A DNA stretch of 61,405 nucleotides, counting the filler, from Sphacelaria rigidula (taxonomy: Eukaryota), in the NCBI GenBank assembly GCA_964200075.2. It is 10 parts of 10 records of this genome, joined end to end, with 100 filler letters (N's around TTAATTAATTAA, not from the genome) between each part and the next. Parts side by side here need not be neighbours in the genome. Positions count along the whole stretch, not along the records: positions 55,356 to 61,405 come from CAXNAA020022577.1; 9 more parts are not named here. One strand, written 5' to 3'. Position 1 is the first letter of the stretch, and each line of letters opens with the position of its first letter. Positions 61,003-61,405 of this stretch are shown here, one piece after another. The notes under the pieces were generated by a model. The model was not told where the DNA came from, did not search any database, and was given only the letters and a program-made list of their open reading frames with translations. The translations under genes were made by a program, and so were the position numbers.

Positions 61003-61083
61003 GCGCGCGCGCTTCTCCCCGCCTTACCACGTCGCTTTGGCATTGGGTTCCTGCGTCTCTTGCCCTACTTGGGCTTGGCTAAG

Positions 61084-61274
61084 GCTTACGAAGATGGGGT
61101 CGCTTGGGCGTCCATAGGACTGGCATTTCAGGCGGTGGTGGTGACGGGCATGGGCTGTGGGCCGGTAACCTGGCTGGTGCAAACGTTCGGGTTAAGGGGG
61201 GGGTTCCTGACCGCTGTGTCGTTTCAGGTCGTCTTGTTGCTCATCGCGGTATTCGTCGAACCGGGACCGTTGGG
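61084..61274 (+). CDS. SLC45/SUT-like transporter, next exon
   Basis: AYEDGVAWASIGLAFQAVV...WLVQTFG resembles the SUC/SLC45 segment Y..GV..G..GL. In phase with 57310-57522; gtgagt donor. Confidence 0.8.
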
Positions 61275-61405
61275 GTGAGTAAAAAAAATGATAATATGTT
61301 CATTTTTTCTCCTTTTTTCTTAAGGTCACAGATTTTTTTTCGGTAACCATGATGGTTGTCGAGCTAGATCATGTTGTGCGGCGTGGGAGAACCTCAACTC
61401 CGCAC

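Noticed and set aside
1..61405. Prokaryotic defence system, operon or phage/NCLDV core genes
   Set aside because: No long intronless gene clusters or viral hallmark motifs. All recognisable long ORFs are retrotransposon-derived.

Overview
Repeat-rich eukaryotic DNA, most likely from a brown alga (Phaeophyceae), judged from a brown-algal-type 5S rRNA fragment, short exons in long GT-AG introns, and the repeat content. The window is not one locus. It is ten unrelated contigs of 6051 or 6050 bp joined by artificial 100-bp N44-TTAATTAATTAA-N44 linkers. Host gene fragments: a NOSIP-like RING protein (2 exons), a SEH1/SEC13-like WD40 last exon, a 2OG-Fe(II) dioxygenase (last 3 exons), an SLC45/SUT-like sugar transporter (2 exons), and a degenerate multi-exon gene of unknown family that may be tandemly arrayed. 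Mobile DNA: a degenerate Ty3/Gypsy element whose integrase ends in chromo-like and Tudor-like domains, an internally deleted Ty1/Copia element with both LTRs, a second Copia relic, two tRNA-derived SINE families, and many MITEs (Sola2-like, piggyBac-like, hAT-like, Tc1/mariner/Stowaway-like, PIF-like). The most unusual signal is a ~410-bp non-coding retroposon-like family that ends in poly(C), is variably 5'-truncated and appears to insert into C-runs; one copy has a perfect 16-bp target-site duplication starting CCCC. All family assignments are by eye, without database searches.
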